Part shown: in pieces, positions 53,778 through 64,000 of the stretch | How the letters are laid out: every line of letters begins with the position of its first letter | Position numbering within the stretch: the stretch's first letter is position 1 | The notes under the pieces: generated by a model | What the model saw: only the letters and a program-made list of their open reading frames with translations | What the model was told of the DNA's origin: nothing | Databases searched by the model: none | Program-made: the position numbers and the translations under genes | Assembly: GCF_041886205.1 (NCBI RefSeq) | Contig: NZ_CP169029.1 | DNA from: Escherichia coli | Lineage (GTDB): Bacteria > Pseudomonadota > Gammaproteobacteria > Enterobacterales > Enterobacteriaceae | Length of the DNA stretch: 64,000 nucleotides | Reading direction: 5' to 3' (one strand)

Positions 53778-54730
53778 TGATCGAAGTAAAACACCTGAAA
53801 ACGCTACAAGCGTTGCGGAACTGCGGCTCTCTCGCAGCCGCTGCGGCGACGTTGCATCAGACGCAATCCGCCCTGTCTCACCAGTTTAGCGATCTGGAAC
53901 AACGCCTTGGCTTCCGGCTATTTGTGCGTAAGAGCCAGCCGCTACGCTTTACACCGCAGGGAGAAATCCTGTTGCAACTGGCAAACCAGGTGCTGCCGCA
54001 AATCAGCCAGGCACTGCAAGCCTGCAATGAACCGCAGCAGACGCGTCTGCGCATTGCCATTGAGTGCCATAGCTGTATTCAGTGGCTGACGCCCGCGTTA
54101 GAAAATTTCCATAAGAACTGGCCGCAGGTAGAGATGGATTTTAAATCGGGCGTGACGTTTGACCCGCAGCCTGCGTTGCAACAGGGCGAGCTGGATCTGG
54201 TGATGACCTCCGATATCCTGCCGCGCAGTGGCCTGCATTATTCGCCGATGTTCGATTATGAAGTACGCCTGGTGTTAGCGCCTGACCATCCACTGGCGGC
54301 AAAAACGCGTATTACACCGGAAGATCTCGCCAGCGAGACGCTATTAATTTATCCGGTGCAGCGTAGTCGACTGGATGTCTGGCGGCATTTTCTTCAGCCG
54401 GCAGGCGTCAGCCCGTCACTGAAAAGCGTCGATAACACCTTATTGTTGATTCAGATGGTTGCCGCGCGGATGGGTATTGCCGCGCTACCGCATTGGGTAG
54501 TAGAGAGTTTTGAGCGCCAGGGTCTGGTGGTCACCAAAACCCTGGGCGAAGGCTTGTGGAGCCGACTGTACGCCGCCGTGCGCGATGGCGAGCAGCGTCA
54601 GCCGATTACAGAAGCATTTATTCGCTCAGCGCGCAATCACGCCTGCGATCATCTGCCGTTTGTGAAGAGCGCGGAGCGACCCACTTACGATGCACCCACA
54701 GTGAGGCCAGGATCACCAGCGCGCCTGTAA
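53777..54730 (+). CDS. metR: LysR-family transcriptional activator MetR
   Basis: 317-aa ORF with N-terminal HTH. Confidence 0.95.
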   Translation: MIEVKHLKTLQALRNCGSLAAAAATLHQTQSALSHQFSDLEQRLGFRLFVRKSQPLRFTPQGEILLQLANQVLPQISQALQACNEPQQTRLRIAIECHSCIQWLTPALENFHKNWPQVEMDFKSGVTFDPQPALQQGELDLVMTSDILPRSGLHYSPMFDYEVRLVLAPDHPLAAKTRITPEDLASETLLIYPVQRSRLDVWRHFLQPAGVSPSLKSVDNTLLLIQMVAARMGIAALPHWVVESFERQGLVVTKTLGEGLWSRLYAAVRDGEQRQPITEAFIRSARNHACDHLPFVKSAERPTYDAPTVRPGSPARL

Positions 54731-55517
54731 TAAACGTTGGCCAGTGCGGCTGTTGGTGCCAGATAGCCAGGTTAACCAGCAGCCCTGCCGGAACGTGCAT
54801 ATTATTCATAATGCCCAGCGTTCCGGCGTCCACCTGCGTCGCGCCGTAGTTCCACATAAAGTAGCCAATCCCGGAAGCCACCACGCCAAGAAACACCAGA
54901 ATGCCCCATTGCAGCGTGGTTTGCGGCATTTTCTGCGCATTTCCCAGCAAGAACCATGCAATTACCGCCACCAGGAACGCGCCAAGATAGAACCACGCAA
55001 AGGCGTTATGCTGCGGCATCGGGCGAGTTTCCATCAGGCGTTTGTAACCCACCATGCCGATGGCAAAAGTGATATTGGAGAGTTGCACCAGCAACAAGCC
55101 AGTCCAGAAATGGTCGGTGACCTGATCATAGCGAATAATCCCGGCACCAATCACCGCCAACAAGGCACTAAAAGCATATCCCCAGCGCAGACGGCGCTTA
55201 CTCATGATGTCATAAATCAGCGTGATGTAGAGCGGCGTCAGTACGGTGAACAACAGCAGTTCGGAGACCGTCAGGTAGAGATAGGCGCGGAAACTCAGCA
55301 TATACATCACGCCAAGCTGCATCGCGCCCACCAGCATATACAGGCCGACTGTTTTCAGGCTATTGCCACGGGTACGCAGAAACGGCAGAAAAACGAGCGC
55401 CGCCAGGCCAACTCGCACCAGCACCGCAAAATAGCTATCGACGTGCCCCGCAAGGTACTCGCCATAAAAGCTAAAGGAGAAGGCCCACAGAATCGTGGTG
55501 ATGATAAGTAGCGCCAC
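54618..55517 (-). CDS. yigM: DMT/EamA-family transporter (biotin transporter BioP/YigM)
   Basis: 299-aa ten-helix membrane ORF; 3' end overlaps the metR 3' end by 113 nt. Confidence 0.88.
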   Translation of the reverse strand: MALLIITTILWAFSFSFYGEYLAGHVDSYFAVLVRVGLAALVFLPFLRTRGNSLKTVGLYMLVGAMQLGVMYMLSFRAYLYLTVSELLLFTVLTPLYITLIYDIMSKRRLRWGYAFSALLAVIGAGIIRYDQVTDHFWTGLLLVQLSNITFAIGMVGYKRLMETRPMPQHNAFAWFYLGAFLVAVIAWFLLGNAQKMPQTTLQWGILVFLGVVASGIGYFMWNYGATQVDAGTLGIMNNMHVPAGLLVNLAIWHQQPHWPTFITGALVILASLWVHRKWVAPRSSQTADDRRRDCALSE

Positions 55518-55608
55518 ACTGGAAAACTCTTTGATTAACGAGTATCCATTGTAGCGAAGTATCAGGTTGACAACTGTTTAATGTTTGCTCAATCGTGTGC
55601 GTTTTTAC

Positions 55609-55971
55609 TCATCGTCCAACGTTACCCGCTGCAACGAAAAGTAGTTGATTAATAATGGATTCACGCGCGCTCTCCACGCTCAGATTCCAGTACTTGGTGT
55701 CGAGAGCCAGTTTCATAAAAGGCGCGTGCCAGTCTTGTTCTCTTTTTTCAAAAACCACTTCAGCGACTTTATAGCCCGTCCAGCTACGATACAAATGCAA
55801 AACGTTATTCTCAAAATAGATAAACCATTTGTATTCCATCGCTGGAGGAATAAACCCCATTTCCAGATTACGCATTTGCGCTTCATCTAACGTCAAATTA
55901 AGCTCAACCCTCTGCCAGTCAACGGTAAATGCTTTGAGGTTATGCCAGCTTTGCTTCGTCGCTTTTGTCAT
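55609..55971 (-). CDS. hypothetical protein (120 aa from MTKATKQSWHNLKAF..), not recognised
   Basis: only long ORF in the 518-bp yigL-yigM spacer; Trp-rich (6 W), AT-richer than neighbours, weak SD (AGGGAA); unclear whether it is an annotated gene. Confidence 0.35.
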   Translation of the reverse strand: MTKATKQSWHNLKAFTVDWQRVELNLTLDEAQMRNLEMGFIPPAMEYKWFIYFENNVLHLYRSWTGYKVAEVVFEKREQDWHAPFMKLALDTKYWNLSVESARESIINQLLFVAAGNVGR

Positions 55972-56035
55972 GCGTATTCCCTGCCTGGTTTTTAAGTGCT
56001 CTCCCGCAATCAACGTAATGCGGGAGAGGCTGGCA

Positions 56036-56836
56036 TTAACTGAGATAGAGTTTACGCAGATAATGCGGTACCGCGTCGTCGGCATTAGTACCAATCACTT
56101 CCAGCTCTGGATGCAGATCTTTCAGCCGTTGATGCGCGCTGCCCATAATGCAGCCTTTCCCCGCCATCGACAGCATTTCGGCGTCGTTCATCCCGTCACC
56201 AAAGGCAATACAATCCTTCAGGCTGTAGCCCAGTTTCTTCGCCACCGCTTCCAGCGCATGGCCTTTCGACACGCCGCCCGCCATCACTTCCAGACAGGTT
56301 AAGGTAGAGAAACTGACGTTGACGCGATCGCCCCAGCGAGCGTTAATCGCCTGCTCCAGCGGCAGCAGTTGTTCATGGGAATCGCAGGTGAAGAACACTT
56401 TGCTGACGCCTTCCGGCTCCAGTAATCCAGGCTCATACAGCGCATATTTGAACACCGCTTCTTTAAAAAAGCGCATCTCTTCCGGGCGATGGCGATTCAT
56501 AAACCATTCGTCGTCGCGATAAACGTTAGTAATGATGTCCGGATTGTCGTTGACCACACCAAACAGATCGCTGGCAATGTCGCGATCCAGGTTATGAGCA
56601 AAAATCAGATTACCATCCAGATCGTGAACGCGCGCGCCATTGGAGGTAATCATGTAAGACTTGATCTCCAGATTATCGCGAATTTGCCCCACATCGACGT
56701 GATGGCGACCAGTCGCAAACACAAAGTTGATACCGCGCGCGGTAAGCAGCTTCAGAGTTTCTTTGGCGTAAGGAGATAACGTATGGTCGGGAGAAAGTAA
56801 CGTGCCATCTAAATCAGACGCAACAACCTGGTACAT
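56036..56836 (-). CDS. yigL: HAD-superfamily (Cof-type) sugar/pyridoxal phosphate phosphatase
   Basis: 266-aa product from MYQVVASDLDGTLL (HAD motif I DxDGT); track ORF is extended 42 codons upstream into pldB. Confidence 0.88.
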   Translation of the reverse strand: MYQVVASDLDGTLLSPDHTLSPYAKETLKLLTARGINFVFATGRHHVDVGQIRDNLEIKSYMITSNGARVHDLDGNLIFAHNLDRDIASDLFGVVNDNPDIITNVYRDDEWFMNRHRPEEMRFFKEAVFKYALYEPGLLEPEGVSKVFFTCDSHEQLLPLEQAINARWGDRVNVSFSTLTCLEVMAGGVSKGHALEAVAKKLGYSLKDCIAFGDGMNDAEMLSMAGKGCIMGSAHQRLKDLHPELEVIGTNADDAVPHYLRKLYLS

Positions 56837-56843
56837 AAGAAAT

Positions 56844-57866
56844 TTAAACCTCTGTAGAGCGGTTTCCGCTGGGTGAGTTATGCCTGTTGAAAAAATCAAC
56901 AATGGCGTGGAGCGCGACTGAGCGCATTGCGTCCTTTTCAAAAAGGATCTCATGGTAAGCACCTTTAATTACCAACGGTCGTCCCCCTTCGACAGGATAG
57001 CCCGCGGCGGTGCGGAGTTCACAAAAACGGTCATGCATGCGGTTATCCACCACGCGTTCCTCTTCAGCCTGCAAGAGAAGCGTTGGCGTGGCGTCATCAC
57101 CCGCACCGGCTAACACCTGTTCGCCAGCCAGAATACTTTCGCGTACCCAATGGTAGGTCGGCCCACCGACGCGAATCGTTGGGTCATCAGCATAGAAGCG
57201 TAAGTTACGTCGATATCGCTGTCTGCTGTGGGTCAGTACGTTGATAGCAAACGGCAACGCGCGCCAGCGCCCGGTGCCTATTGCATAGCCATCACGGAAA
57301 CGTGGATGCGCTTCGGCCCAGTTGAGGATCTGCCGTGCCATAAATGACGGCATACGAATCACGATCCCAAACATTGGCGCAGTTAGCGCAATGGCGTCAC
57401 ATACACCTGGATGGCGTTGCAGAAATAATGTGGAGATCGCACCGCCCATCGAATGTGCCAGTATATAGCGTTTACGCCACGGACCGGGCTGAACCTCCTG
57501 CTGCCAGAATGCCGCCAGATCATCAACATAATCATTAAAGCGATTAACATGCCCGAGATGCGGATCGGCTAACAGGCGACCGGAACGTCCCTGCCCGCGA
57601 TGGTCGATGATTAAGACATCAAACCCCAAATGGAACAGGTCGTAGGCCAGTTCCGCATATTTTACGTAGCTCTCAATACGCCCCGGGCAGATGACTACCA
57701 CCCGGTCATGGTGCTGTGCGCGAAAACGGACAAAGCGCACCGGAATGTCATCCACACCAGTAAACTCTGCTTCATCACGCTGACGCCAGAAATCAGTCAG
57801 CGGTCCCATGGTAAAAGCAGCAAACGCGTTTTCTCTTGTTTCCCAGTCTTTTTGCTGCTGAAACAT
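56844..57866 (-). CDS. pldB: lysophospholipase L2
   Basis: 340-aa ORF with alpha/beta-hydrolase GHSMGG motif. Confidence 0.93.
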   Translation of the reverse strand: MFQQQKDWETRENAFAAFTMGPLTDFWRQRDEAEFTGVDDIPVRFVRFRAQHHDRVVVICPGRIESYVKYAELAYDLFHLGFDVLIIDHRGQGRSGRLLADPHLGHVNRFNDYVDDLAAFWQQEVQPGPWRKRYILAHSMGGAISTLFLQRHPGVCDAIALTAPMFGIVIRMPSFMARQILNWAEAHPRFRDGYAIGTGRWRALPFAINVLTHSRQRYRRNLRFYADDPTIRVGGPTYHWVRESILAGEQVLAGAGDDATPTLLLQAEEERVVDNRMHDRFCELRTAAGYPVEGGRPLVIKGAYHEILFEKDAMRSVALHAIVDFFNRHNSPSGNRSTEV

Positions 57867-57976
57867 CGGGTAATCTGCCTCTTAAACCACGTAAAATCGT
57901 TTTTTTTAGCGTGCCTGACACAACGCTGCGACAGTAGCGTATTGTGGCACAAAAATAGACACACCGGGAGTTCATC

Positions 57977-58597
57977 ATGACCTTAGAATGGTGGTTTGCC
58001 TACCTGCTGACATCGATCATTTTAAGCCTGTCGCCAGGCTCTGGTGCAATCAACACTATGACCACCTCGCTCAACCACGGTTATCGCGGCGCGGTGGCGT
58101 CTATTGCTGGGCTTCAGACCGGACTGGCGATTCATATTGTGCTGGTTGGCGTGGGGTTGGGGACGCTATTTTCCCGCTCAGTGATTGCGTTTGAAGTGTT
58201 GAAGTGGGCAGGCGCGGCTTACTTGATTTGGCTGGGAATACAGCAATGGCGCGCCGCTGGCGCAATTGATCTTAAATCGCTGGCCTCTACTCAATCACGT
58301 CGACATTTGTTCCAGCGCGCAGTTTTTGTGAATCTCACCAATCCCAAAAGTATTGTGTTTCTGGCGGCGCTATTTCCGCAATTCATCATGCCACAGCAGC
58401 CACAACTGATGCAGTATATCGTGCTCGGCGTCACCACTATTGTAGTCGATATTATTGTGATGATCGGTTACGCCACCCTTGCTCAACGGATTGCTCTATG
58501 GATTAAAGGACCAAAGCAGATGAAGGCGCTGAATAAGATTTTCGGCTCGTTGTTTATGCTGGTGGGAGCGCTGTTAGCATCGGCGAGGCATGCGTGA
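57977..58597 (+). CDS. rhtB: LysE/RhtB-family homoserine/homoserine-lactone exporter
   Basis: 206-aa ORF. Confidence 0.93.
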
Positions 58598-58605
58598 AAA
58601 ATAAT

Positions 58606-58635
58606 GTCGGATGCGGCGTAAACGCCTTATCCGAC
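58606..58635. repeat. REP element between convergent rhtB and rhtC
   Basis: GTCGGATGCGGCGTAAACGCCTTATCCGAC palindrome. Confidence 0.75.
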
Positions 58636-58658
58636 TTACTCTGAAGACGCGTCTGGCA

Positions 58659-59279
58659 TCACCGCGAAATAATCAAATGAATGCCAAATCCGGCAAATAA
58701 CGCCCCGGCAAAACCATCAATCCACTTCGCCAGACGTTGATAACCACGGCGCATTTGCGGCAGGGCAAACAGGCTGGCAACGACGGTAAACCACGCCAGT
58801 GTTTCGACAATAATCAACGCGAAAATGCCCCAGCGCGCGGTAGTGCCAACGTTATCGCCGACAAACAATGAGAATACCGAACCAAAATAGATAATCGCTT
58901 TCGGATTGGCGAGATTGGTCAGTAAGCCTTTCAGGAAACTGCGCCCGCTTTTCGCCAGCTCAATCTGTGGTGCAGGCGCAGATACAGCCTCTTTTTTCAG
59001 TGCACCGCGTAGCATCTGGTAACCCATCCAGCAGAGATACAGGCCTCCGCCAACCATAATCAGCGTATGCAGCCAGGCCATTTTTTCGATAATCAAATGC
59101 AGGCCAAGCAACGCAATCCCAGCCCAAACCATTACACCGCAGGTAATGCCCAGCACGCCCATCATCGCTTCTTTACGGGAACGACTGACAGCGGTCTGAG
59201 AGACAAAAAAGAAATCGGGACCGGGACTCATAAGCGCCACAATGTGCACCATGGCGACGGTGAGAAATAACATCAACAT
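58659..59279 (-). CDS. rhtC: LysE/RhtB-family threonine exporter
   Basis: 206-aa ORF. Confidence 0.93.
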   Translation of the reverse strand: MLMLFLTVAMVHIVALMSPGPDFFFVSQTAVSRSRKEAMMGVLGITCGVMVWAGIALLGLHLIIEKMAWLHTLIMVGGGLYLCWMGYQMLRGALKKEAVSAPAPQIELAKSGRSFLKGLLTNLANPKAIIYFGSVFSLFVGDNVGTTARWGIFALIIVETLAWFTVVASLFALPQMRRGYQRLAKWIDGFAGALFAGFGIHLIISR

Positions 59280-59342
59280 ACATTTGACTCGCGGGGGAAA
59301 CGTTTACGGAGTCTTCATCCTGGCACTTTTTTATGCTGCTGA

Positions 59343-61172
59343 CTACTCTTCGTCGTCGCCATCGACATGCGCACGAATCAGCGCCATAAACGGTTTACCA
59401 AAGCGTTCCAGCTTGCGCATCCCAACGCCGTTAACGCTGAGCATTTCGCTGGCGGTGATCGGCATCTGTTCAGCCATCTCAATCAAGGTTGCGTCGTTAA
59501 ACACCACGTACGGCAGGACATTACTATCATCGGCAATCGATTTACGCAGTTTGCGTAATTTGGCGAACAGTTTGCGATCATAGTTGCCGCCGAACGATTT
59601 CTGCATCGCTTTCGGTTTGAGCGCCACGATACGCGGCACGGCAAGTTGCAAAGAGGATTCGCCGCGCAGCACCGGGCGCGCGGCCTCTGTCAGTTGTAGG
59701 GCAGAATGCTGGGCAATATTTTGCGTCACCAGGCCGAGGTGAATCAGCTGGCGGATCACGCTCACCCAATGTTCATGGCTTTTATCACGGCCCATGCCAT
59801 AGACTTTCAGTTTGTCATGACCATAGTCGCGGATACGCTGGTTATTAGCACCACGAATCACTTCCACCACATAACCCATCCCAAACCGCTGATTCACACG
59901 ACCAATGGTGGAAAGGGCAATCTGAGCATCGGTTGAACCGTCGTACTGTTTCGGCGGATCGAGGCAGATATCGCAGTTCCCGCACGGCTCCTGCCGCCCT
60001 TCGCCAAAATAGTTCAGCAATACCAGACGACGGCAAGTTTGCGCTTCGGCAAAAGCGCCCATCGCATTGAGTTTATGACGTTCGATATCCTGTAACTGCC
60101 CCTGCGGCTTCTCTTCCAGGCAACGGCGCAGCCACGCCATATCGGCCGGATCGTAAAACAGCATCGCTTCCGCGGGCAGGCCATCACGCCCGGCGCGACC
60201 GGTTTCCTGATAATAGGATTCGATATTGCGCGGAATATCAAAGTGGACCACGAAGCGAACGTTTGGTTTATTGATGCCCATGCCGAACGCCACCGTCGCC
60301 ACCACAATTTGCAGGTCATCGCGCTGGAATTTCTCCTGCACGTCGGCGCGGACATTATTTTCCAGCCCGGCATGATAGGCCGCCGCGCTAATACCCTTGC
60401 TTTGCAGGCGCGCAGCGGTGTCTTCTACTTTCGCCCGGCTGTTGCAGTAGATAATGCCGGACTTACCGCGCTGTTCCTGCACGTAGCGCATCAACTGATC
60501 GAGCGGTTTGAATTTCTCCATCAGCATGTAGCGAATATTCGGACGGTCAAAACTGCTGATTTGAATCAGCGGATCGTTCAGCCCCAGCAAGCGCACGATA
60601 TCCTGGCGCGTGGTGTCGTCGGCTGTGGCAGTCAGCGCCATAAACGGCAGCGTCGGGAACCGCTGGCGCAACTGACCGAGCGCGGCATATTCCGGGCGGA
60701 AATCGTGGCCCCATTGGGAGATACAGTGCGCTTCATCAACGGCTAATAACACCGGATTCCAGTGCGCCAGATGCTCAAGAAAGTTATCCAGCATCAGGCG
60801 TTCCGGCGCGATATAAAGCAGGCGGATTTGCCCGGTGCGACAGCCTGTCATCACTTCAAGTTGCTGCTCGCGGGTTTGCGTCGAGTTAAGGCACGCCGCC
60901 GCCACGCCGTTGGCTTGCAGTTGATCCACCTGATCTTTCATCAACGAAATCAGCGGTGAAACAACCACGGTAAGGCCGTTTAGCAATAAGGCAGGAATTT
61001 GATAGCAAAGGGATTTTCCGCCACCAGTGGGCATAACAACCAGACAATCGCGACCGGAAAGCACAGTGTCGATAATTTCTTCCTGGCCGGGGCGAAACTG
61101 TTGGTAGCCAAAGGTTTCTTGTAAAACCTGTTTAGCTCCGGACTCCAGATTCAACACTTCCGCCTGCGCCAC
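59343..61172 (-). CDS. recQ: ATP-dependent DNA helicase RecQ
   Basis: 609-aa product if started at GTG ([12 protein letters not shown].. read as M); an in-frame ATG two codons upstream (61178) gives the 611-aa track ORF; helicase motifs, zinc-binding and HRDC regions. Confidence 0.95.
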   Translation of the reverse strand: MAQAEVLNLESGAKQVLQETFGYQQFRPGQEEIIDTVLSGRDCLVVMPTGGGKSLCYQIPALLLNGLTVVVSPLISLMKDQVDQLQANGVAAACLNSTQTREQQLEVMTGCRTGQIRLLYIAPERLMLDNFLEHLAHWNPVLLAVDEAHCISQWGHDFRPEYAALGQLRQRFPTLPFMALTATADDTTRQDIVRLLGLNDPLIQISSFDRPNIRYMLMEKFKPLDQLMRYVQEQRGKSGIIYCNSRAKVEDTAARLQSKGISAAAYHAGLENNVRADVQEKFQRDDLQIVVATVAFGMGINKPNVRFVVHFDIPRNIESYYQETGRAGRDGLPAEAMLFYDPADMAWLRRCLEEKPQGQLQDIERHKLNAMGAFAEAQTCRRLVLLNYFGEGRQEPCGNCDICLDPPKQYDGSTDAQIALSTIGRVNQRFGMGYVVEVIRGANNQRIRDYGHDKLKVYGMGRDKSHEHWVSVIRQLIHLGLVTQNIAQHSALQLTEAARPVLRGESSLQLAVPRIVALKPKAMQKSFGGNYDRKLFAKLRKLRKSIADDSNVLPYVVFNDATLIEMAEQMPITASEMLSVNGVGMRKLERFGKPFMALIRAHVDGDDEE

Positions 61173-61304
61173 ATTCACCCCGATTGCCTGAAATAAAAAC
61201 AGGCGCTATTTTCAGCGCCTGCGCGAGAAACTGCAATGCTTTTAGTCTCTGAGAGGGTAATCCTGGATGATGGATTCCAGATTTGCCAACCACTCAACCG
61301 TTCA

Positions 61305-62174
61305 TCAAAACAAATCGTTTAGCATAACCCCTACACCGACACGGGTCTGGTTGAAGTTATAGTCGATGAGCGATTCGCCATAGCCGCTGTAAACCTGAGT
61401 ATAAAGGCGCACATGTTTGGTGATCGGGTAACTTAAGCCTAACTCCGCGCCGCCGTAACCGGTGTTCCAGTTGTACTGTCCTTTCGCACTGAGCACCGCA
61501 TCACCGAGGTGATAGCCGATTTTAAGCTGGTAGTAACCCATATATTTGGTGATATCCGGGTTATCGTCAGTATTACCCACCACATACCACGGCTTCACCT
61601 CTACCAGCCAGTTACCGTTTTCTGCCATCAGGCGGGTATAAAGGCGGTTCCAGCTGCGGGAGGTCGGGTCGGAACGCCCGTTAGAGTCGTGGTTATACCC
61701 CATCTCCACATCGCGCAGCGTCCAACCTGCAAAACGGTAATCGGTGGCAAAACCGAGAAACAATTGCGGTTCATAGTTGGTTTCACGAAACGGTGAAGAC
61801 TCTTCGCTATTGGACAGTTGCCACCAGGATTTTTGCGTATAAGACGCACCCAACACCGAGTTTGGGCCTAAAATCCCACGCCACAGCGGAAATGCCAGGC
61901 TCAACTGAAACTTTACTTCATCCTTACGCGCATTTTCCGCCCAGTCGTAACTGGCAATCGCTTCTTTGTTCAGATCGCTGGTTTGGGTGTAGATGAGGTA
62001 GTTGGTGTCATAAGGATAGAGCGTGAACGGATTGTCATGCTCCTGCAGCATATTGGCGATAATACTGCCACGCACCGCTGGCGCGTCATGCACCTCTTTC
62101 ACCGTTGCCTCTTGTGCATATACTGCCATAGGCAACATAAACACCGGCAACAACCAGCCCTGCAGAGTCCGCAT
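61305..62174 (-). CDS. pldA: outer-membrane phospholipase A
   Basis: 289-aa ORF with signal peptide, recognised PldA. Confidence 0.95.
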   Translation of the reverse strand: MRTLQGWLLPVFMLPMAVYAQEATVKEVHDAPAVRGSIIANMLQEHDNPFTLYPYDTNYLIYTQTSDLNKEAIASYDWAENARKDEVKFQLSLAFPLWRGILGPNSVLGASYTQKSWWQLSNSEESSPFRETNYEPQLFLGFATDYRFAGWTLRDVEMGYNHDSNGRSDPTSRSWNRLYTRLMAENGNWLVEVKPWYVVGNTDDNPDITKYMGYYQLKIGYHLGDAVLSAKGQYNWNTGYGGAELGLSYPITKHVRLYTQVYSGYGESLIDYNFNQTRVGVGVMLNDLF

Positions 62175-62338
62175 CGGTCGTGTTCTCCGTAACGAATTAT
62201 TGATAAGGTGAATATTTTTCTGCGGGCTATTTTACATACTTAACTCCATTGCCGTTAGTTATCCCTTCCTAAAGTAGAAACCAACAACAAAGAAGCATAA
62301 AATCAACATTTCATTAACCAATGAAGTGTAAGGATGAT

Positions 62339-62806
62339 ATGTCTGCCGTACTGACCGCTGAACAAGCCCTGAAATTAGTGGGTGAGATGTTTGTTTATCA
62401 TATGCCATTTAACCGCGCATTGGGGATGGAACTGGAGCGTTACGAAAAAGAGTTCGCACAGCTGGCCTTTAAAAATCAGCCAATGATGGTGGGCAACTGG
62501 GCGCAAAGCATTTTGCACGGCGGGGTCATTGCATCGGCGCTGGATGTCGCCGCAGGTCTCGTGTGCGTGGGAAGTACCTTAACCCGCCACGAAACCATCA
62601 GTGAAGATGAACTACGCCAGCGGCTATCGCGGATGGGGACCATTGATCTTCGCGTTGATTATCTGCGCCCAGGCAGGGGCGAGCGTTTTACTGCTACCAG
62701 TAGCCTGTTGCGTGCAGGCAATAAAGTCGCCGTCGCCCGCGTTGAATTACACAATGAAGAACAGCTTTATATTGCCAGTGCCACCGCCACCTATATGGTA
62801 GGTTGA
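62339..62806 (+). CDS. yigI: PaaI/YigI-type hotdog-fold thioesterase
   Basis: 155-aa product from [18 protein letters not shown]; track ORF starts 6 codons upstream. Confidence 0.85.
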   Translation: MSAVLTAEQALKLVGEMFVYHMPFNRALGMELERYEKEFAQLAFKNQPMMVGNWAQSILHGGVIASALDVAAGLVCVGSTLTRHETISEDELRQRLSRMGTIDLRVDYLRPGRGERFTATSSLLRAGNKVAVARVELHNEEQLYIASATATYMVG

Positions 62807-62857
62807 AGACATAAAAGCAGGTAAACTGCTGTTACCAATTAAAAATGAGTATTCCCG

Positions 62858-63748
62858 ATGGATGCAAAACAAACGCGGCAGGGCGTATTACTCGCTCTTG
62901 CCGCTTATTTTATTTGGGGTATTGCGCCAGCGTACTTCAAGCTAATTTACTACGTGCCCGCCGATGAGATCCTGACGCATCGCGTGATCTGGTCGTTTTT
63001 CTTTATGGTGGTGCTGATGAGTATTTGCCGCCAGTGGTCCTATTTAAAAACGCTGATTCAGACGCCACAGAAAATTTTTATGCTGGCAGTCTCTGCCGTA
63101 CTGATTGGTGGCAACTGGCTACTGTTTATCTGGGCGGTGAACAATCACCATATGCTGGAAGCGAGCCTTGGTTACTTTATTAACCCGCTGGTGAACATTG
63201 TGCTGGGGATGATTTTCCTCGGCGAGCGATTCCGCCGGATGCAATGGCTGGCGGTGATTCTGGCGATATGTGGCGTGCTGGTTCAGTTGTGGACTTTTGG
63301 TTCACTGCCGATCATCGCGCTGGGGCTGGCATTTAGTTTTGCCTTCTACGGCCTGGTACGCAAGAAGATTGCCGTTGAAGCGCAAACCGGCATGTTAATC
63401 GAAACCATGTGGTTGCTGCCCGTGGCGGCGATTTACCTGTTTGCTATTGCCGACAGCTCAACCAGCCATATGGGACAAAACCCGATGTCGCTGAATTTAC
63501 TGCTGATCGCCGCCGGTATTGTCACTACCGTACCGCTGTTGTGTTTTACCGCCGCTGCCACACGCCTGCGTCTCTCAACGTTAGGCTTTTTCCAGTATAT
63601 TGGCCCGACGCTGATGTTCCTGTTGGCTGTGACGTTTTATGGTGAAAAACCGGGTGCCGATAAGATGGTGACTTTCACCTTTATTTGGGTGGCGCTGGCA
63701 ATTTTTGTGATGGATGCAATTTATACGCAGCGTAGAACGTCCAAATAA
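62858..63748 (+). CDS. rarD: DMT-superfamily transporter RarD
   Basis: 296-aa ten-helix membrane ORF. Confidence 0.93.
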   Translation: MDAKQTRQGVLLALAAYFIWGIAPAYFKLIYYVPADEILTHRVIWSFFFMVVLMSICRQWSYLKTLIQTPQKIFMLAVSAVLIGGNWLLFIWAVNNHHMLEASLGYFINPLVNIVLGMIFLGERFRRMQWLAVILAICGVLVQLWTFGSLPIIALGLAFSFAFYGLVRKKIAVEAQTGMLIETMWLLPVAAIYLFAIADSSTSHMGQNPMSLNLLLIAAGIVTTVPLLCFTAAATRLRLSTLGFFQYIGPTLMFLLAVTFYGEKPGADKMVTFTFIWVALAIFVMDAIYTQRRTSK

Positions 63749-63842
63749 AAAATAAATATATTCTGAAAAAATATGCTGACTCTTGCATGAGAGTGGGCAT
63801 ATTGCCATGCTGACAGGAGACTAACACAAGGATGTAAAATTT

Positions 63843-64000
63843 ATGTTACGTATGTTTATCCCAACATCTAACGGTAAGATTTCAAGACGTCAGTATATAT
63901 TTTCATTTATTTTAACAAATCTGATTTGTATCCTGCTTATATCTTTTTTTTCCAATGCTGGCTCAGTATTTTTCGTTTTAATATTTACCATTCTTTTACA
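63843..64000 (+). CDS. yigG: small inner-membrane protein, 3'-truncated by window edge
   Basis: [39 protein letters not shown].. runs off the window end; position after rarD. Confidence 0.6.
   Translation, partial: MLRMFIPTSNGKISRRQYIFSFILTNLICILLISFFSNAGSVFFVLIFTILL

Noticed and set aside
54744-55511. 255-aa plus-strand ORF antisense to yigM
   Set aside because: Shadow ORF; yigM on the minus strand encodes a recognisable ten-helix transporter
55972-56094. 161-aa long form of the yigL-yigM spacer ORF
   Set aside because: The extension overlaps the yigL 3' end and the post-yigL hairpin; the internal ATG at 55971 is the more plausible start if the ORF is real

Overview
This window is ordinary Escherichia coli core chromosome, read as the reverse complement of the usual K-12 MG1655 orientation; I found no novel system, mobile element, prophage, CRISPR array or defence island. 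Gene order (low to high coordinate) is yihP(partial)-yihO-ompL, yihN-yihM-yihL, typA, glnALG, yshB, hemN, yihI, csrC, engB, spf, polA, yihG, yihF, dsbA, srkA, yihD, mobAB, the rrnA operon, hemG, trkH, yigZ, pepQ, fadBA, fre, ubiD, rfaH, tatDCBA, ubiB-ubiJ-ubiE, rmuC, udp, dlhH, metE, metR, yigM, yigL, pldB, rhtB, rhtC, recQ, pldA, yigI, rarD and the start of yigG. Gene identities were assigned by recognising the translated ORFs and RNA sequences from memory; no database search was run, so strain identity and exact allele differences are unverified. Hand-indexed coordinates for RNA genes and regulatory sites may be off by 1-2 nt. The only element I cannot place from memory is a 120-codon minus-strand ORF in the 518-bp yigL-yigM spacer (55609..55971). 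Other second-look items are the poorly characterised yihLMN module, three small RNAs (csrC, spf, the glnA 3'UTR candidate GlnZ), the small protein yshB, a 113-bp convergent metR/yigM overlap and DnaA-box-like motifs upstream of polA.
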